This document shows positions 38,996 to 50,813 of a stretch of DNA of 64,000 bases, piece after piece. A program made the position numbers and the translations under genes. Under the pieces are notes generated by a model. The model did not search any database and was not told the DNA's origin. It saw nothing but the letters and a program-made list of their open reading frames with translations. Location of the stretch: assembly GCA_002811645.1 (NCBI GenBank), contig PDIP01000031.1, positions 62,001-126,000 on the forward strand, given 5' to 3'. This stretch comes from Corallochytrium limacisporum Hawaii (taxonomy: Eukaryota; Protista; Pluriformea). Each line of letters opens with the position of its first letter. Position 1 is the stretch's first letter.

Positions 38996-41900
38996 ATGCC
39001 GATACCTCTGGCGACCGTGAAGCGAATCTATGAGTTCGCAGAGGCGCGTGAAGGTAAACACCACGTATCAGGCGTGCTCGTGGCGAATCTCTTAGATAGC
39101 GTTGTCAGCTTTGCACGGGACTTGAAGAAGGAAGATCAGTCCTACATCAACGTTTCTGTGGTTCCCCGTCTTATGAAAGCGGGACATCAAAGCAGACTCG
39201 CCTATCAAGAATTTCTGGATCTCTTTGCGGGAAATGCACGCTCTAGGAGTCCATCACCAACGTCGCATCAAGTGTTCTTGACAAGTCCTCTCACGTCACC
39301 GCGAAAGCCATCGCGGGCGAGATCAAGATCGCCACCAGCATCTATACAGAAGAACTCACCAGGGCGAATTCCGAGTAATGCATCAATGCAATCAGCAGAG
39401 CTCAACCAGTCTTTCCGTTCCGAACTAGCTGATTTGGAGGATCGTGCGGTGCGAGCAGAAGAGGAGGTGCAAGCCCTAAACTCAGCCTTGAGTTACAAGG
39501 TGAGTGATCTGCGGGCTGCAGAGCAGTACATGCAGATCATTGCAAATGTTTGTCGAATGGATTTTGTGGTACACTCAAGAGGAATTCAAGAGAGCACAAA
39601 ATTGATAGTGCGCCGCATCTACAAGCTTACTAGTGAGCGTAGAAGTGCGTTTGAGAAAGCAACACATTACGGTAAGCAGCTCGACTCTGTAAAGAAGGAG
39701 GTTCGGGAGCTCTCCCGGATGCTTGCGGATAGCGACCGCAAGCTCGCAATTGCGCAGCAGGATAGTGCTCGTGCTCGTGAAGAGCTTCAGAAGGCGCGGA
39801 CCGATGCTGAGCGGGCGAGGAAGGAAATGGTTATCACGACAGTACGTCAGCAAAGCCGGAGTACTAGCCCATCTCAAGTGCCGTCGCCTCCAAAAGCTGA
39901 GTCTCCCGTCCGAGCCGGTGCCCGAAGTCCAGCGCGCCAAGGGCAGATTAAAAGCTCAGGGTTGACCGAAAATGACCTAGAAGGATCACTCAGTAACATC
40001 TTAATGCAGTCCAAAAAATTTGGGGCAACTGCAAATATCCTCAAGAGCTATATGCGGAGAGAAGCAGAAATGACCGATGAATTGCAATTGTTTAGAACTC
40101 GGTGTACTGCACTTGATGAGGACCTCAAACTGTCCCAGAAACAGAGAGATTTTCTGAAGAAGAGAGAGCAAGAGACAGAGCGGTTGATTGCTGAACTTCG
40201 CGGCGAGCTTGATTCTGTGAGAGAAGAATTGGACCATCTGCGAAAGCAGAGTGTACGCATTGAGCCCAGCCCTTTGGATGTCTCCTTGGAATCAACGAAT
40301 CGTTTAACAGAGGTCGAAACCATGGCGCGCAGACTCAAGAATGAGCTATCTATCGTCAATCAGGAGAAACACGACTTGACTGCCCAACGAGATGTCCTCC
40401 AGGACAAGGTCACTGAGATGCACTCGCAATTGGCCGCTGCGCGGGAAACCATTGCAGGCCAAGAGACCCAGATTACTGACCTCATGCAGGAGATCGCCAG
40501 TGTTGATGACTCGAAGCTGCATTTGGAGGCGAAGCTTCAGAAGGAAAACCAGAAGCTCGCGAAAGACATCAACGAACTGTCGTCGAAGGTGGCTTCAGGT
40601 CAGAACATCCACAGAGAGCTTGGTGAGAAGGTACGAGAGGTCAGGAAGCTTGAGACTCATCTCAGCGATTCGAAAGCCCTTGTCGAAGAGCTGCGAAATG
40701 AAGTTGAGACTCTTGAGAAGAAAGTTAAACTTGGTGAGGAACAACGCGTGCAACTCCAAGTGTCTGCGCGGCAAGCCCAGTCAGAGTTGCAGGCGACTAA
40801 GGACGCGCTTGTGAATATGCGTGATAATCAAGCGAGTCTTGAGACACGTGCTGAAACCCTGCAGTCTCAGCATGGTCTTCTAAAGGCCAAAACTATCGAC
40901 CAGCAGAGTCGCCTCGCTGAGCTTTTGGACAAGACCAAGGAGCAGCAAGTGCTAATCAACTCTTTAACGGATCGAAGCAGTTCCTTAGAGGCACGCACCC
41001 GTACAGCTGAGAAGGCAAGGCGTACGGCAGAGGATCGTATTACTGAATTGGAGGGCCAGCTTGAGACCTCTGACCGCGATCTGGACCGAGTACGAAGCGA
41101 TCTTCTCATGGCCCAGCGCGGTGCGGATGCAGCCGAACAGAGGGAACGCGATATGGAGTCTATGACAAAACAACAGTTGACGGAAAGAGATGAAATGATT
41201 GCACATCTTCGTGCCGATCTGGAAGGAGTCCTGGGTGATCGGGACATGTTAGAAAAGCGTCTACATGATACCAATCGTGCTCTCGATGCGACCAATCGTG
41301 ATCTGAAAAAGTCAAACGATCGTGCTACGTACGTTGAAGACAAGATGAAGGCCTTGAGTACAGAACATCAGACGAACCAGCGCAATTTACATGCGAGCGA
41401 GCGGAATGTCAACAGTCTGAAAAGCGACGTGAGTCGTTTGGAAGGAGAAGTCAAGGATTTTAAACGAGAGAATGACAAGTTGGTTGCGGAGCTTGATCAA
41501 AAGACTTTGGCTCTGGCCAAGCAGAACGAAAATTTCAAGATTCTGGAGCGCGAGAAAGAGGCGGACTCTAGGCAACTGAAACTTACAGAAGAAGAACTTC
41601 GTGCAATGCAAAACGCCATGCGGGATATGGAGCAAATGATGAAGACCTATCAAACAGATCTCGATACCACTCGTATGGATATGCGTCGCTTCGACGGAAA
41701 TGAGCGAGTTCACAAGGAGGAGCTCGATCGCATGAACGAGCGACTATCTAATCTTGTTGAAGCCAAGCGCACGCTGGAACATGCCTTGACTCAAAAGGAA
41801 CAGCAGTTCGGAATGGATTTTGATCAGATTAGCGTACGTCTCCATGAGGTGGAAAGAAACTTGGAGGCAACTCAGCATGCGCTTGAGATGAAGGATCGAC

Positions 41901-44900
41901 TTCTGCAAAACAGTCTGAAGGAGCAAGAGAAGCTGGAAGACCAGGCCTTCGATCTCAAAAGGCGGCTCGATGAAGCCAACAGTGCTGTGGAGAGAAGTAT
42001 TGAGGAAGGTCGTCGCCTAGAGGCGGAGCTAATGCACAGCAAGAACCAGATTACATCCTTGAGCGGTGAGCGCGATCGGTTGGTCAATGCAGAGTCCCAA
42101 CTGAGAGACCAGCTTCGCAGCGCTGAGAAATCATTGCAAGATGCAAAGGATCGTCTCCATGCAAATCAGAATGAGCAGTCATCTCTGAACACGGAGAGAA
42201 TGAACATCATGCGCGAAATGGATCAGCTCCATGTAACCATCAGACAACTGGAGGAACGTCATCAGTTGGATACTACAGCAATTGAACGTATCACTGCGGA
42301 AGCAACCGAGCTCCGTGGTCAACATGAGCGTACCATATTTGAGCTCCGGAACTTTGACGGCGAAAAGTCAAGACTGCTGGGTGAGCGTGATCGCTTCGCT
42401 AGTGACATGAATGCCCTTAAGAAAGAACTTGCGCAGGCCAATGGTCTTATCAAGGAAAAGGAGGATCAGATTACTGTACTGAAAAATCAGCAGCGTGATC
42501 TGCTCTTGGAACAGTCAAGAATGAAGGAGCAGACGAATGATCAGCGACACAAGATTGAAATTCTTACTCGTGATCACCTGAATACCTCTCACAACGCGGA
42601 GGCAACTCAAAAAGATTTACTACGGGTCCAAGCTCAATTGAATGATGCCAAGCGCGCTGCAGAGGACATCACTCATGCAAGGGAAGCCGCAGTCCGCGAA
42701 GCCGAAACCCAACGACGTCGTGCAGAAGAACTAAAGCAACATTACGATGACGTGCTCCGGAAGCTAGATGGGACTCGCGATGACATTGAACGCATGAAGC
42801 AGCAGGTTGTATCCGCGGAGAGGGAGCGCGATGCCAGCAAGCAGGAATTAATGATGTTGCATCGGAACAACCAAGAACTCAGCCTGCGAGGCAACAATCT
42901 TGCAAGCCGTTGCACTGCTGCGGAGACACAGATTCGTGACCTTGGACAACGACTGTCTGAAGCCACATCGGATATCACTTTAAAGAATCGTGAACTGAGT
43001 GATCTACGCCGTGCTCGCGATGAGGATGATGTCGCTGGTCTCCGGTTGGAAAAAACTCGTCTGGAGTCCATGTTGAATGAGCATCAGAATGAGAATCGCT
43101 CTCTGATCAGCCAACTGGATCGCATGGATCGTACTATAGAAGACTACAAGGAGCGTCTATCACAGGTTGAGACGGAGCGTAATGCGGCTAGCAGTTCCCG
43201 GGAGTCGCTGACAGCTGAGCTTGCTCGCGAGTCAGCGGCTCTAGAGGGCGCCAAGGATACCCTGGACCGTCTTGAAAAGGAGGTCAGTCGTCTGCAGAGT
43301 GAGCTTTCGTCTGAACGTTCTAAGGTAGAGCGCAACCGTGATGCTTTGAGTGAATCGGAAAGGGAAGTAAATAATCTGAAGCACAAGAATGAGACGCTGA
43401 CTTTCAAGATTGAGGAGCTGCGACAGACGCTGCAGAGCCATAAGGATGCGGAAACTGTGTTACAGCAAACTGTAAGCTCATATGAAACCCACGTTGTCAG
43501 GGACCTAACCACAGATCTGGATGAGACGCGTACTGGTATAGCGTCTCTGAGGTCGGAATTAAGCGCAGCTCGAGAAAATCTTCGCACATCGGCCAAGGAG
43601 AGAGGGGAGGCGCTCTCGGCCAAACTGGAGGCTCAGCGGGCCTTGGAGCGGTGCGAGGCCCGTCTAAACGAAGTCAGAGCGGAATTAACTAAGGAGCGTG
43701 CGGAGAAACAGAGACTTAGCGGGGAGAAGGTCTCCCTGCAAGCCACGATTGATCGTCTAGGACGCGAGCTTGAGAAATTGAGCAAGGAGCAGGACCAGAG
43801 CATACGCAACAAACATGATGCGGACGGTAACTTCGCCTCTCTGAGGGAGAAGTTTGAGAGTACAGAGGATCTGCTTTCTTTCACGCAGGCATCCCTTGAG
43901 GCCCGCGAGCGTGATTTGCATGAGGCTGAAGAGCTCCACAGTCGCGTGGTGACTGAACTGAAGAGCTATTGCAGTGAGCTCGAACGGAAGGTCGAATCCA
44001 TGACATCTCAAGTACGGCAGGAACGGCGCAGCTCGCGGGAGCTCACTGAAGAACTTCAGGCTTCTAGACGTGCCTCTCGCGATGCACAAAATACCGTAAG
44101 TAAATTGACCAGCGCACTTGAACAGTACGAGACGGATATAGCTTTGTTAAACGAACGAAACGCGGTGCTGCAGAGGCAGCTCGATGAGACCGGCCAGGCT
44201 ATAGCCGAGGCCAAGGATGGCAAATCCGAGATGGAGCGCACGATGCAGAAAGTCGAGAGTGATCTGAATGCATCGGTCAGCAATGCACGCGAGCTTCAGT
44301 CGCAAGTAGAGACCCTTCAAGAGGACTACAGCAGCATGGTCGAAGGCCTTGGGCGCCAGAAGACCGTTACCAACGAGCTCCATACCGAGTTGGCAAAATG
44401 GAAGAAGACCGCCGCCGACAAGACCTACGAGAATGATCTGCTACGTCAAGACGTCGAGCGCCACCGTCAGAACCTGACTAAGGCCTACGAAAGCCATCAG
44501 AAACAGCGTAACGATCTGGGTAAGGAGATCCTGGACCTCCATGAGGAACTGGCAACCGTGCGCAGAGAGCGCGAGGCAGTGCAGAGTGACTTTGAGGACG
44601 CTTCTGGACAGATTGAATCCCTCGAAACGCAACTTACGGCACAAAAGGAAGCGGTCAGTGCAGATAGGCAGAGATATCGTGAGCAAGCCCGTAAGGTTGA
44701 AGAGTTGAGTTCGGAACTGCTGGTAAAGACCCGCGACTTGGAAGCTTTGCACAGCATGCTTCAGAAGACGCTTAACGACCATCAGGCACATGTAGCGGAA
44801 CTGAATTCACAGATGGGTCGTTCGGTAGAGGACAACTCTGGGCTGCAGGAACAGATTTCTAAACTGAAGCACGTAGACCGTGAACTACGTGATGAGCTTG

Positions 44901-47900
44901 AGGGTCTACGTAGCCGCTGCCAGATGCTGGAGAGCGACCTGGAAATCAGCCGGCAGGAAATTGCTGCGGAACGATCGCGTCTGCTGGAAGTTTCGCGGGA
45001 GATTGAGACAGAGCGGCATGTACGGTCTTCCACTCCGACGTTCCCGTCCGAGATGCCATGCACGCAGGAACACTTGGATCCGAAGGTGAAACAGGCCATA
45101 CGCAATTTGAGCGTACAAGTAGCTCGCGCAAATACAACGGCAGATGCTCTCACCAGTCAAATGCACGCAGCGAACGACCTCACTCTGCAGCGTATGCGAA
45201 GCCTAGAGATCGACCCAGACGAAACATTGTTCGAGGACGCCGATGAGATCTTCAGTCCATTGCCCAGCGAAACCGGCCCACTGATGCACACGTTCACTGG
45301 TGAGTCCGGTCTCACTGCCACTGTGGCAAAGTGCACCAGCTCGATGAGTGTCGTCAACACAAATCTCCACCGCATCCATGCAATTGCCATTCAGCAGCAG
45401 CGGATTTACCGAAGCAGCCTGCGCAAGTCCGACGCATCCCAACCTGCGTCAACGAGGGCCAGTTTACGTGACCCTGCAGTACGTCAGTCGGTGGACATGC
45501 AACCCCAGCCGCAGGAGGTTCTTTCACGGGAAGCCCGCAACGCCCAAACGCTGGTTGAAACGCAGGCGAAGCTCGCTGCCTTGCAACGTCAGTTGCACGA
45601 GGAGCATGACCGTCATAGCGCAACGCAGAACAAGCTCACTGAGACAAACAGGGAGCGAGCGCAAATTGAGCGTGACCTGGAACTGGCCAAAGCCGCACAG
45701 GTAAACAGTGCTAAGACCATTGATCAGTTGCGTGCCGCCATTAACACCAAGGACCAAGCCGCCGTAAAGACCCAGAAGGAGTTTGAGGGCCTGCTAGTCA
45801 GTGCTAAAAACGATCATGCCGCCGTCCTGGAAGAATTGCGCGTAGATCTAGAGGCTGCCCTCGCTAGTGCGCGCGAGGACCATGAACTTGAACTGACATC
45901 TCTGCAAAGCCAGCTGCAGGATGTACAGTCCAAGCTTCGTCTTGCGCAAGACGAAGGCATACGCCTACAGCGTACGGTGAACCAATTGCAACTGGACACC
46001 ACTACACAGTCAAAGAAGGCTCGGCAAGCAGAATCTTTGAAGACAGATCTTGAAAACTCATTCCGTGGTGCTCAGATGGCTCAGGAGGAGTTGGAGGCCA
46101 AGGTTCATGAATACCAGGATTTGCTGAAGAGTGTGCTTGAACTGTGTCAACTGAGCGTGCCCAGCATCTCAGACGTGCACGGTTTGCGGTCAGTCTTGGT
46201 GCAGAGTGTGAATGATATACTGAATGAACGAAACGATCTGAGGACCTTGGCCAAGGAGACATCTCAGCGTGCGGACCACATGCGTCAAGAAGTGGACAAG
46301 TGCCGTGATGACCTCACCGAAATGACGACCGCGCGAGATGCCCTGCAGACTGACCTCCAGCAAGCGAATCTAGAGATCAGTGCGGTCAAGGATCTGGACC
46401 AACAGCACCAGTTGGAATTACGAAACATCCGAGAGTCTCTGCAAGCAGCAGACGGGCGAGCCAAGGCTGCGCATAAGGCACGCGAGCAGGCAGAAGAAGG
46501 AGTTAAGGGTGCGTTGGAGCAAAAGAGCATTGTCGAACGCGAACTGGCTACCACCAAGCACCAGGTTGAGAGCCTGCGGCTTCAGTATGAAAGCATTGAA
46601 CAGGAACGGGATGGCGAGAGCAAGAGAATAACTGAGCTCACGAACGCCCGAGCCATGCTGGAGCAGAAGATTGGAGCCATGCAGCGGGAACTGGACTACT
46701 CGCAGAAGAGGGAAAAGGAGCAACAGGACCAACTCAATGATCTGCGATCCTCACTGGCGACCTCTCAGCAGAAAATTCGAGACGAAGCATTTGAGGCCAA
46801 GCAACAAGCCGACGTTGAACTAGCCAATGTCCGGCGTGACCTTCGGCAAGTCAAATCTGCTCTTGACCTCATGCAGCAAGACCGGGATACTCAGAAAACC
46901 CGTGCAGAGGACGCCTTACGAACAGCGTCAGATGCTCAGAACCGAAGCACTAGGTTACAGTTCGATCTGGACACGTCTCAGGAACGTGAACGCCAGCTGC
47001 AACTGGACATACGCAATGCCGAAGACCGTGCGACAAAGGCGGAGACGACTCTACGTAACGCACAAAGCACTCACAAACAGGAGCAGGACATGTTCAAGGA
47101 GCAGATCCGCCGCCTGCGCAAGGACCTTGATGAGGCACGGGATATGGGTAACGGCCTGCGAACCCAACTCGAGACCACCGTAGAGGCGGCGGAGCAATCC
47201 AAGAATATATTGCAGGCAGATCTAGACGCCGCCCTGTCGCGTGAACAAGATCTACGAAGCAAGTACCAGGGCGTGGCAGAGGAGATGGAAGCCATGAAGG
47301 CTTCTGCTATCCGGTCCCTGCAGCGCGAGGTCGAAGACCTGAAATTGACCACCGTGGATCAGCAGGAGGCTATGAACAGACTGCAAGAGTCCAACCGCCA
47401 ATTCCAGGCCGAGCTGGAGGCCGCCAATGATGCCAAGAAAAGAGCCCTTCAAGACCTTGCCACTGCACGTGAGGCAAAGCGCCGGCTTGAAAGTGCAGTA
47501 CAGATGTCCAGTATGGAGACACAGAATACCCAAGCAGAGCTGAACACTAGTCGCGCAAACCATGACGACGAGCTTAAACGTCTGTATCATGAGATCAGCT
47601 CTCTGAAACAGGAATTGACGGACAAAGAGGACTGGAGTGCGGAGGCACAGCGCAAGATCTTGTCCCTTGAGGCCTCCAACAAGTCGCTGCGCAATGCCCA
47701 GGCTCCGCGCAAGGATGAGGAAACACTCCGATCGACTCTAAATCAATCCACTTCTTCAGTACAAAGCACGATGGAGCCGGACCCATCCCTTGCCATAGAG
47801 AACAAGACCCTCCAGGCCGAGGTGCAAGACTTACAGATCAAGGTCTCCGCTTTCAAGAAAGTCGAACACCAGTTGCGTCGCGATCTGGAGCGGAAGACCA

Positions 47901-48721
47901 CGGCGGAGCGCAACTCAGATCAGAAGCGAGTCGCTGTGCAGGACGACTTTGAAATGCTAAAGAATGAGAACGAGGACCTCAGCAAGCAAGTTCAGGGGCT
48001 GATGTCTGAATTGGCTGAAGCCCGCAATGCGGAGCGCAGCAGTGACACGCAGATCAAGACGAAAGACAACGAAATCTTGCGTATGAAGGCCAAGATCGAA
48101 GAGCTACAGAAGGAGTCTAATACTCTCCGCGAGCAGATCCGAGGTATTCGTGAGAAATTGTCTCATGATGATGTTCTAAATTCGGACTGGCAAGAGGCGG
48201 GAATGGCCCTGCTCTCCGAACTCGCCCACGAGATCAAAGGGGAGGAGGCCGACGTAACCACGGCTGCCCTGAACCCCTCAACGTTGGTGGAGAAGGCCTC
48301 TCGCATGTTGCGTCAGCTGAACGGGGACATTGCGAACATGCAGCAGGATGGGCGTCTGACTACAAATGCTTTCAACACCCTGGTCAAGCTCATCTGCATG
48401 AAGCTTGACCCACAAGCCCCCGTCATTGCAACCGACAACACAACACCAATGGATGCGCTCGAGTCCTGCCGGAGCATCATCAACCACGTCCATGCCAGCA
48501 TGCAAGACTTTGTCAAAGTTCAGGATGACGCGGAGTACAATTACCGTGTTGCTGAGGAAGCAGCAAGTCAGGTCCAACGGCTGAACCAGGAGAATAGCGA
48601 TCTTCAACGCCAGCTGAACTCAACTAAACGGAACCTGAGTCATCTGCTTTCAAGCTATAACGTTCTTGAGGAACGCCTGCTCCTGCCGGGATCCTCGCGG
48701 AACCAAATCAACGAGCCCTAA
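38996..48721 (+). CDS. Giant coiled-coil protein (~3241 aa), family unassigned
   Basis: Single ORF from the first ATG at 38996. E/R/L/Q/K-rich heptads over about 2800 aa and an SP-rich N-terminal head. Confidence 0.88.
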   Translation: MPIPLATVKRIYEFAEAREGKHHVSGVLVANLLDSVVSFARDLKKEDQSYINVSVVPRLMKAGHQSRLAYQEFLDLFAGNARSRSPSPTSHQVFLTSPLTSPRKPSRARSRSPPASIQKNSPGRIPSNASMQSAELNQSFRSELADLEDRAVRAEEEVQALNSALSYKVSDLRAAEQYMQIIANVCRMDFVVHSRGIQESTKLIVRRIYKLTSERRSAFEKATHYGKQLDSVKKEVRELSRMLADSDRKLAIAQQDSARAREELQKARTDAERARKEMVITTVRQQSRSTSPSQVPSPPKAESPVRAGARSPARQGQIKSSGLTENDLEGSLSNILMQSKKFGATANILKSYMRREAEMTDELQLFRTRCTALDEDLKLSQKQRDFLKKREQETERLIAELRGELDSVREELDHLRKQSVRIEPSPLDVSLESTNRLTEVETMARRLKNELSIVNQEKHDLTAQRDVLQDKVTEMHSQLAAARETIAGQETQITDLMQEIASVDDSKLHLEAKLQKENQKLAKDINELSSKVASGQNIHRELGEKVREVRKLETHLSDSKALVEELRNEVETLEKKVKLGEEQRVQLQVSARQAQSELQATKDALVNMRDNQASLETRAETLQSQHGLLKAKTIDQQSRLAELLDKTKEQQVLINSLTDRSSSLEARTRTAEKARRTAEDRITELEGQLETSDRDLDRVRSDLLMAQRGADAAEQRERDMESMTKQQLTERDEMIAHLRADLEGVLGDRDMLEKRLHDTNRALDATNRDLKKSNDRATYVEDKMKALSTEHQTNQRNLHASERNVNSLKSDVSRLEGEVKDFKRENDKLVAELDQKTLALAKQNENFKILEREKEADSRQLKLTEEELRAMQNAMRDMEQMMKTYQTDLDTTRMDMRRFDGNERVHKEELDRMNERLSNLVEAKRTLEHALTQKEQQFGMDFDQISVRLHEVERNLEATQHALEMKDRLLQNSLKEQEKLEDQAFDLKRRLDEANSAVERSIEEGRRLEAELMHSKNQITSLSGERDRLVNAESQLRDQLRSAEKSLQDAKDRLHANQNEQSSLNTERMNIMREMDQLHVTIRQLEERHQLDTTAIERITAEATELRGQHERTIFELRNFDGEKSRLLGERDRFASDMNALKKELAQANGLIKEKEDQITVLKNQQRDLLLEQSRMKEQTNDQRHKIEILTRDHLNTSHNAEATQKDLLRVQAQLNDAKRAAEDITHAREAAVREAETQRRRAEELKQHYDDVLRKLDGTRDDIERMKQQVVSAERERDASKQELMMLHRNNQELSLRGNNLASRCTAAETQIRDLGQRLSEATSDITLKNRELSDLRRARDEDDVAGLRLEKTRLESMLNEHQNENRSLISQLDRMDRTIEDYKERLSQVETERNAASSSRESLTAELARESAALEGAKDTLDRLEKEVSRLQSELSSERSKVERNRDALSESEREVNNLKHKNETLTFKIEELRQTLQSHKDAETVLQQTVSSYETHVVRDLTTDLDETRTGIASLRSELSAARENLRTSAKERGEALSAKLEAQRALERCEARLNEVRAELTKERAEKQRLSGEKVSLQATIDRLGRELEKLSKEQDQSIRNKHDADGNFASLREKFESTEDLLSFTQASLEARERDLHEAEELHSRVVTELKSYCSELERKVESMTSQVRQERRSSRELTEELQASRRASRDAQNTVSKLTSALEQYETDIALLNERNAVLQRQLDETGQAIAEAKDGKSEMERTMQKVESDLNASVSNARELQSQVETLQEDYSSMVEGLGRQKTVTNELHTELAKWKKTAADKTYENDLLRQDVERHRQNLTKAYESHQKQRNDLGKEILDLHEELATVRREREAVQSDFEDASGQIESLETQLTAQKEAVSADRQRYREQARKVEELSSELLVKTRDLEALHSMLQKTLNDHQAHVAELNSQMGRSVEDNSGLQEQISKLKHVDRELRDELEGLRSRCQMLESDLEISRQEIAAERSRLLEVSREIETERHVRSSTPTFPSEMPCTQEHLDPKVKQAIRNLSVQVARANTTADALTSQMHAANDLTLQRMRSLEIDPDETLFEDADEIFSPLPSETGPLMHTFTGESGLTATVAKCTSSMSVVNTNLHRIHAIAIQQQRIYRSSLRKSDASQPASTRASLRDPAVRQSVDMQPQPQEVLSREARNAQTLVETQAKLAALQRQLHEEHDRHSATQNKLTETNRERAQIERDLELAKAAQVNSAKTIDQLRAAINTKDQAAVKTQKEFEGLLVSAKNDHAAVLEELRVDLEAALASAREDHELELTSLQSQLQDVQSKLRLAQDEGIRLQRTVNQLQLDTTTQSKKARQAESLKTDLENSFRGAQMAQEELEAKVHEYQDLLKSVLELCQLSVPSISDVHGLRSVLVQSVNDILNERNDLRTLAKETSQRADHMRQEVDKCRDDLTEMTTARDALQTDLQQANLEISAVKDLDQQHQLELRNIRESLQAADGRAKAAHKAREQAEEGVKGALEQKSIVERELATTKHQVESLRLQYESIEQERDGESKRITELTNARAMLEQKIGAMQRELDYSQKREKEQQDQLNDLRSSLATSQQKIRDEAFEAKQQADVELANVRRDLRQVKSALDLMQQDRDTQKTRAEDALRTASDAQNRSTRLQFDLDTSQERERQLQLDIRNAEDRATKAETTLRNAQSTHKQEQDMFKEQIRRLRKDLDEARDMGNGLRTQLETTVEAAEQSKNILQADLDAALSREQDLRSKYQGVAEEMEAMKASAIRSLQREVEDLKLTTVDQQEAMNRLQESNRQFQAELEAANDAKKRALQDLATAREAKRRLESAVQMSSMETQNTQAELNTSRANHDDELKRLYHEISSLKQELTDKEDWSAEAQRKILSLEASNKSLRNAQAPRKDEETLRSTLNQSTSSVQSTMEPDPSLAIENKTLQAEVQDLQIKVSAFKKVEHQLRRDLERKTTAERNSDQKRVAVQDDFEMLKNENEDLSKQVQGLMSELAEARNAERSSDTQIKTKDNEILRMKAKIEELQKESNTLREQIRGIREKLSHDDVLNSDWQEAGMALLSELAHEIKGEEADVTTAALNPSTLVEKASRMLRQLNGDIANMQQDGRLTTNAFNTLVKLICMKLDPQAPVIATDNTTPMDALESCRSIINHVHASMQDFVKVQDDAEYNYRVAEEAASQVQRLNQENSDLQRQLNSTKRNLSHLLSSYNVLEERLLLPGSSRNQINEP

Positions 48722-50545
48722 AAGTGACTCGAATGCTTTGTAACATAGTCCCACAACTTAAAGAAAAGACAGATTTTGTTCAATTCTTGCTAATGTGTTC
48801 TGATGTCGCAAATCACACGCAGGCGCTCACATATCATCTCTCCCTCCTGCACGACGACCATCCTCCGCACCGCCACCGCCTCAGTCACTACGGAGTAGAC
48901 CTGGGTGGCTCTGGATACACTCCATCATAGCGGGACCCCCGCAGTCAGCCATTCACTACTGGCAACGAACCGCTTCCTATTCATCTCTGATACATGTCTG
49001 CCCCTCACATGAAAACCGACGAATCCTAGTACATTGAGTATGGGAAATGAATACGTTCTTCCCCCCTCCCCCTCCCCCCTCCTTTCTTTGCTGCGTTCTC
49101 TCGTCTCCCGTAGAGAGTCTTGCGTCGGCGCAATCGATTCCTTGCTTCCTTCCCTGCCTTTCCTTCACGGCCGTGAACCTGCCTTGCTCCGCCCTGGCGA
49201 CCGGAGGACCCAATCCAAATTTTTTAACCCGTTCCAGGTCCGAAGCAAAGTGTGGTAACGCGGAAAGTTTTTAACTATCCCGGATTCGCGGGCATGCCGA
49301 AAACCCTTCGAACATTCATAAGCAAATACGGAAGACTCAGTAGGAGCGGTGAGTTACGGACCCTGGTATCACCCGTATTAAGTGTAGGATGTAAGGCGGA
49401 AAAGACGGGGGCGAATGTAAAAAAAATAAGGTTTGGAAAATAAAATCACCGGGAGGCATAGGAAATGACTGGGAACCGCCTCGCCCAACCAACCAAGCGA
49501 TAAAAAAAATAAACCAACACCCCTCCGGTGCCCGATAGAGCACAGGAGGCTATCAGTCCACCTCCTCGCAGTTGGGGTAGCACCACCCACCACCACCACT
49601 CTCTCTCGCTTCCCGCCGCCGTGTTCAGCGAATGGCTGCTGTCCGATAGCGCGCCGCTTGTGCGATTGCGCCAGAGTAGGTTCAGTAAAATAGAGGGAGG
49701 GGGGGGGGAAGGCAAAAACTATCAGCAAACAGCCCCTACGCCCTTAAGCGGGGAGGGGGGGGGGGTTGTCCGCTTAACGCAAAGAATCTCCTGCGATCAT
49801 CAAACCCCCTTCCTCCCGCACTGCTCGTTTTGTACCCAATGTCCTGCGTGGGCCCTGCATTTCCCGTTCAATGTGGCTCACTTCCCCAAGGGGAAGAGAA
49901 GGAAACGTGGGTATAGTGAGGGTGTGGGCCCAAGAATGGGAAAGTGTAAGACCCGGAAGGGTTTAGGGGGAGGTGAGGGGGTGTGTATGTTTGGTTGGGA
50001 GCAAAACGAGAAAGGAAGATCTTTTTATGGAGAAAACTTGGGCACCTAAGTACCGCCGGAGGTAAAGGAACCATAAAGAAAAGAGAGAAGGGGGAGGGAG
50101 GGAGAAAAGGAAAATAAAAAAGAGAGAAGGAAACGGGAGACCGAGTTGGACCTAGCCTCCAACTCAGATGAAATTGGGAGAGGAAGGAAGAAACGACGGT
50201 TGCTTAGGTATTCACCGACCCCGCTCCAAGCCCCTACCCCACCAACAGCCAACGAACACACGAGCGAGGAAGGCGCCGAGTTGGGGGATGCGAATAGGGA
50301 AGCGAGGTAAGGAGGGGGAGGGGCTTACCAAAGTGGGCCTGAATGTACCAGACTCTGCGGCGACTGTGCCGATGGTCTTGAGGTGGGCCAGGAGTGAAAG
50401 ATGACGCCTTCTGTAAATGATCCTCCTTGTTACGCTGCTGCTGCCTTTGGTGATCCGCTTGGGCGTGCCTGGTATGTGTGTTAACTGATGTGCTGCGTGG
50501 ACAGGACTTCGTCAAGAGCTACCAGTTATAAATATATTTTTTTTT

Positions 50546-50587
50546 GGTTTATTGCCGAGTAGTGTAGGTTTATTGTTGAGTAGTGTG
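50546..50587. repeat. Imperfect 21-bp tandem duplication (GGTTTATTGyyGAGTAGTGTr x2)
   Basis: Read directly; about 230 bp upstream of the membrane-protein gene. Confidence 0.8.
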
Positions 50588-50813
50588 GTTCTGGTAGTAA
50601 CTCAATCGGACTGTAGTCATATTTCAACTGTGTAGCCTGGAATTGGGAGCCAATGTATGGGAGTGCACATATGTGAAGTACGAGAACTGTGGAGTTAAAG
50701 AAGACCGGTTCTTCATATTATTTTGATCATTTGGGAACTATGTAAGCAATTATAAGACACCTTTGTCTTCAGGGACAAAAATGTAAATATTAATTGTTCA
50801 TCGGGTTACTTTC

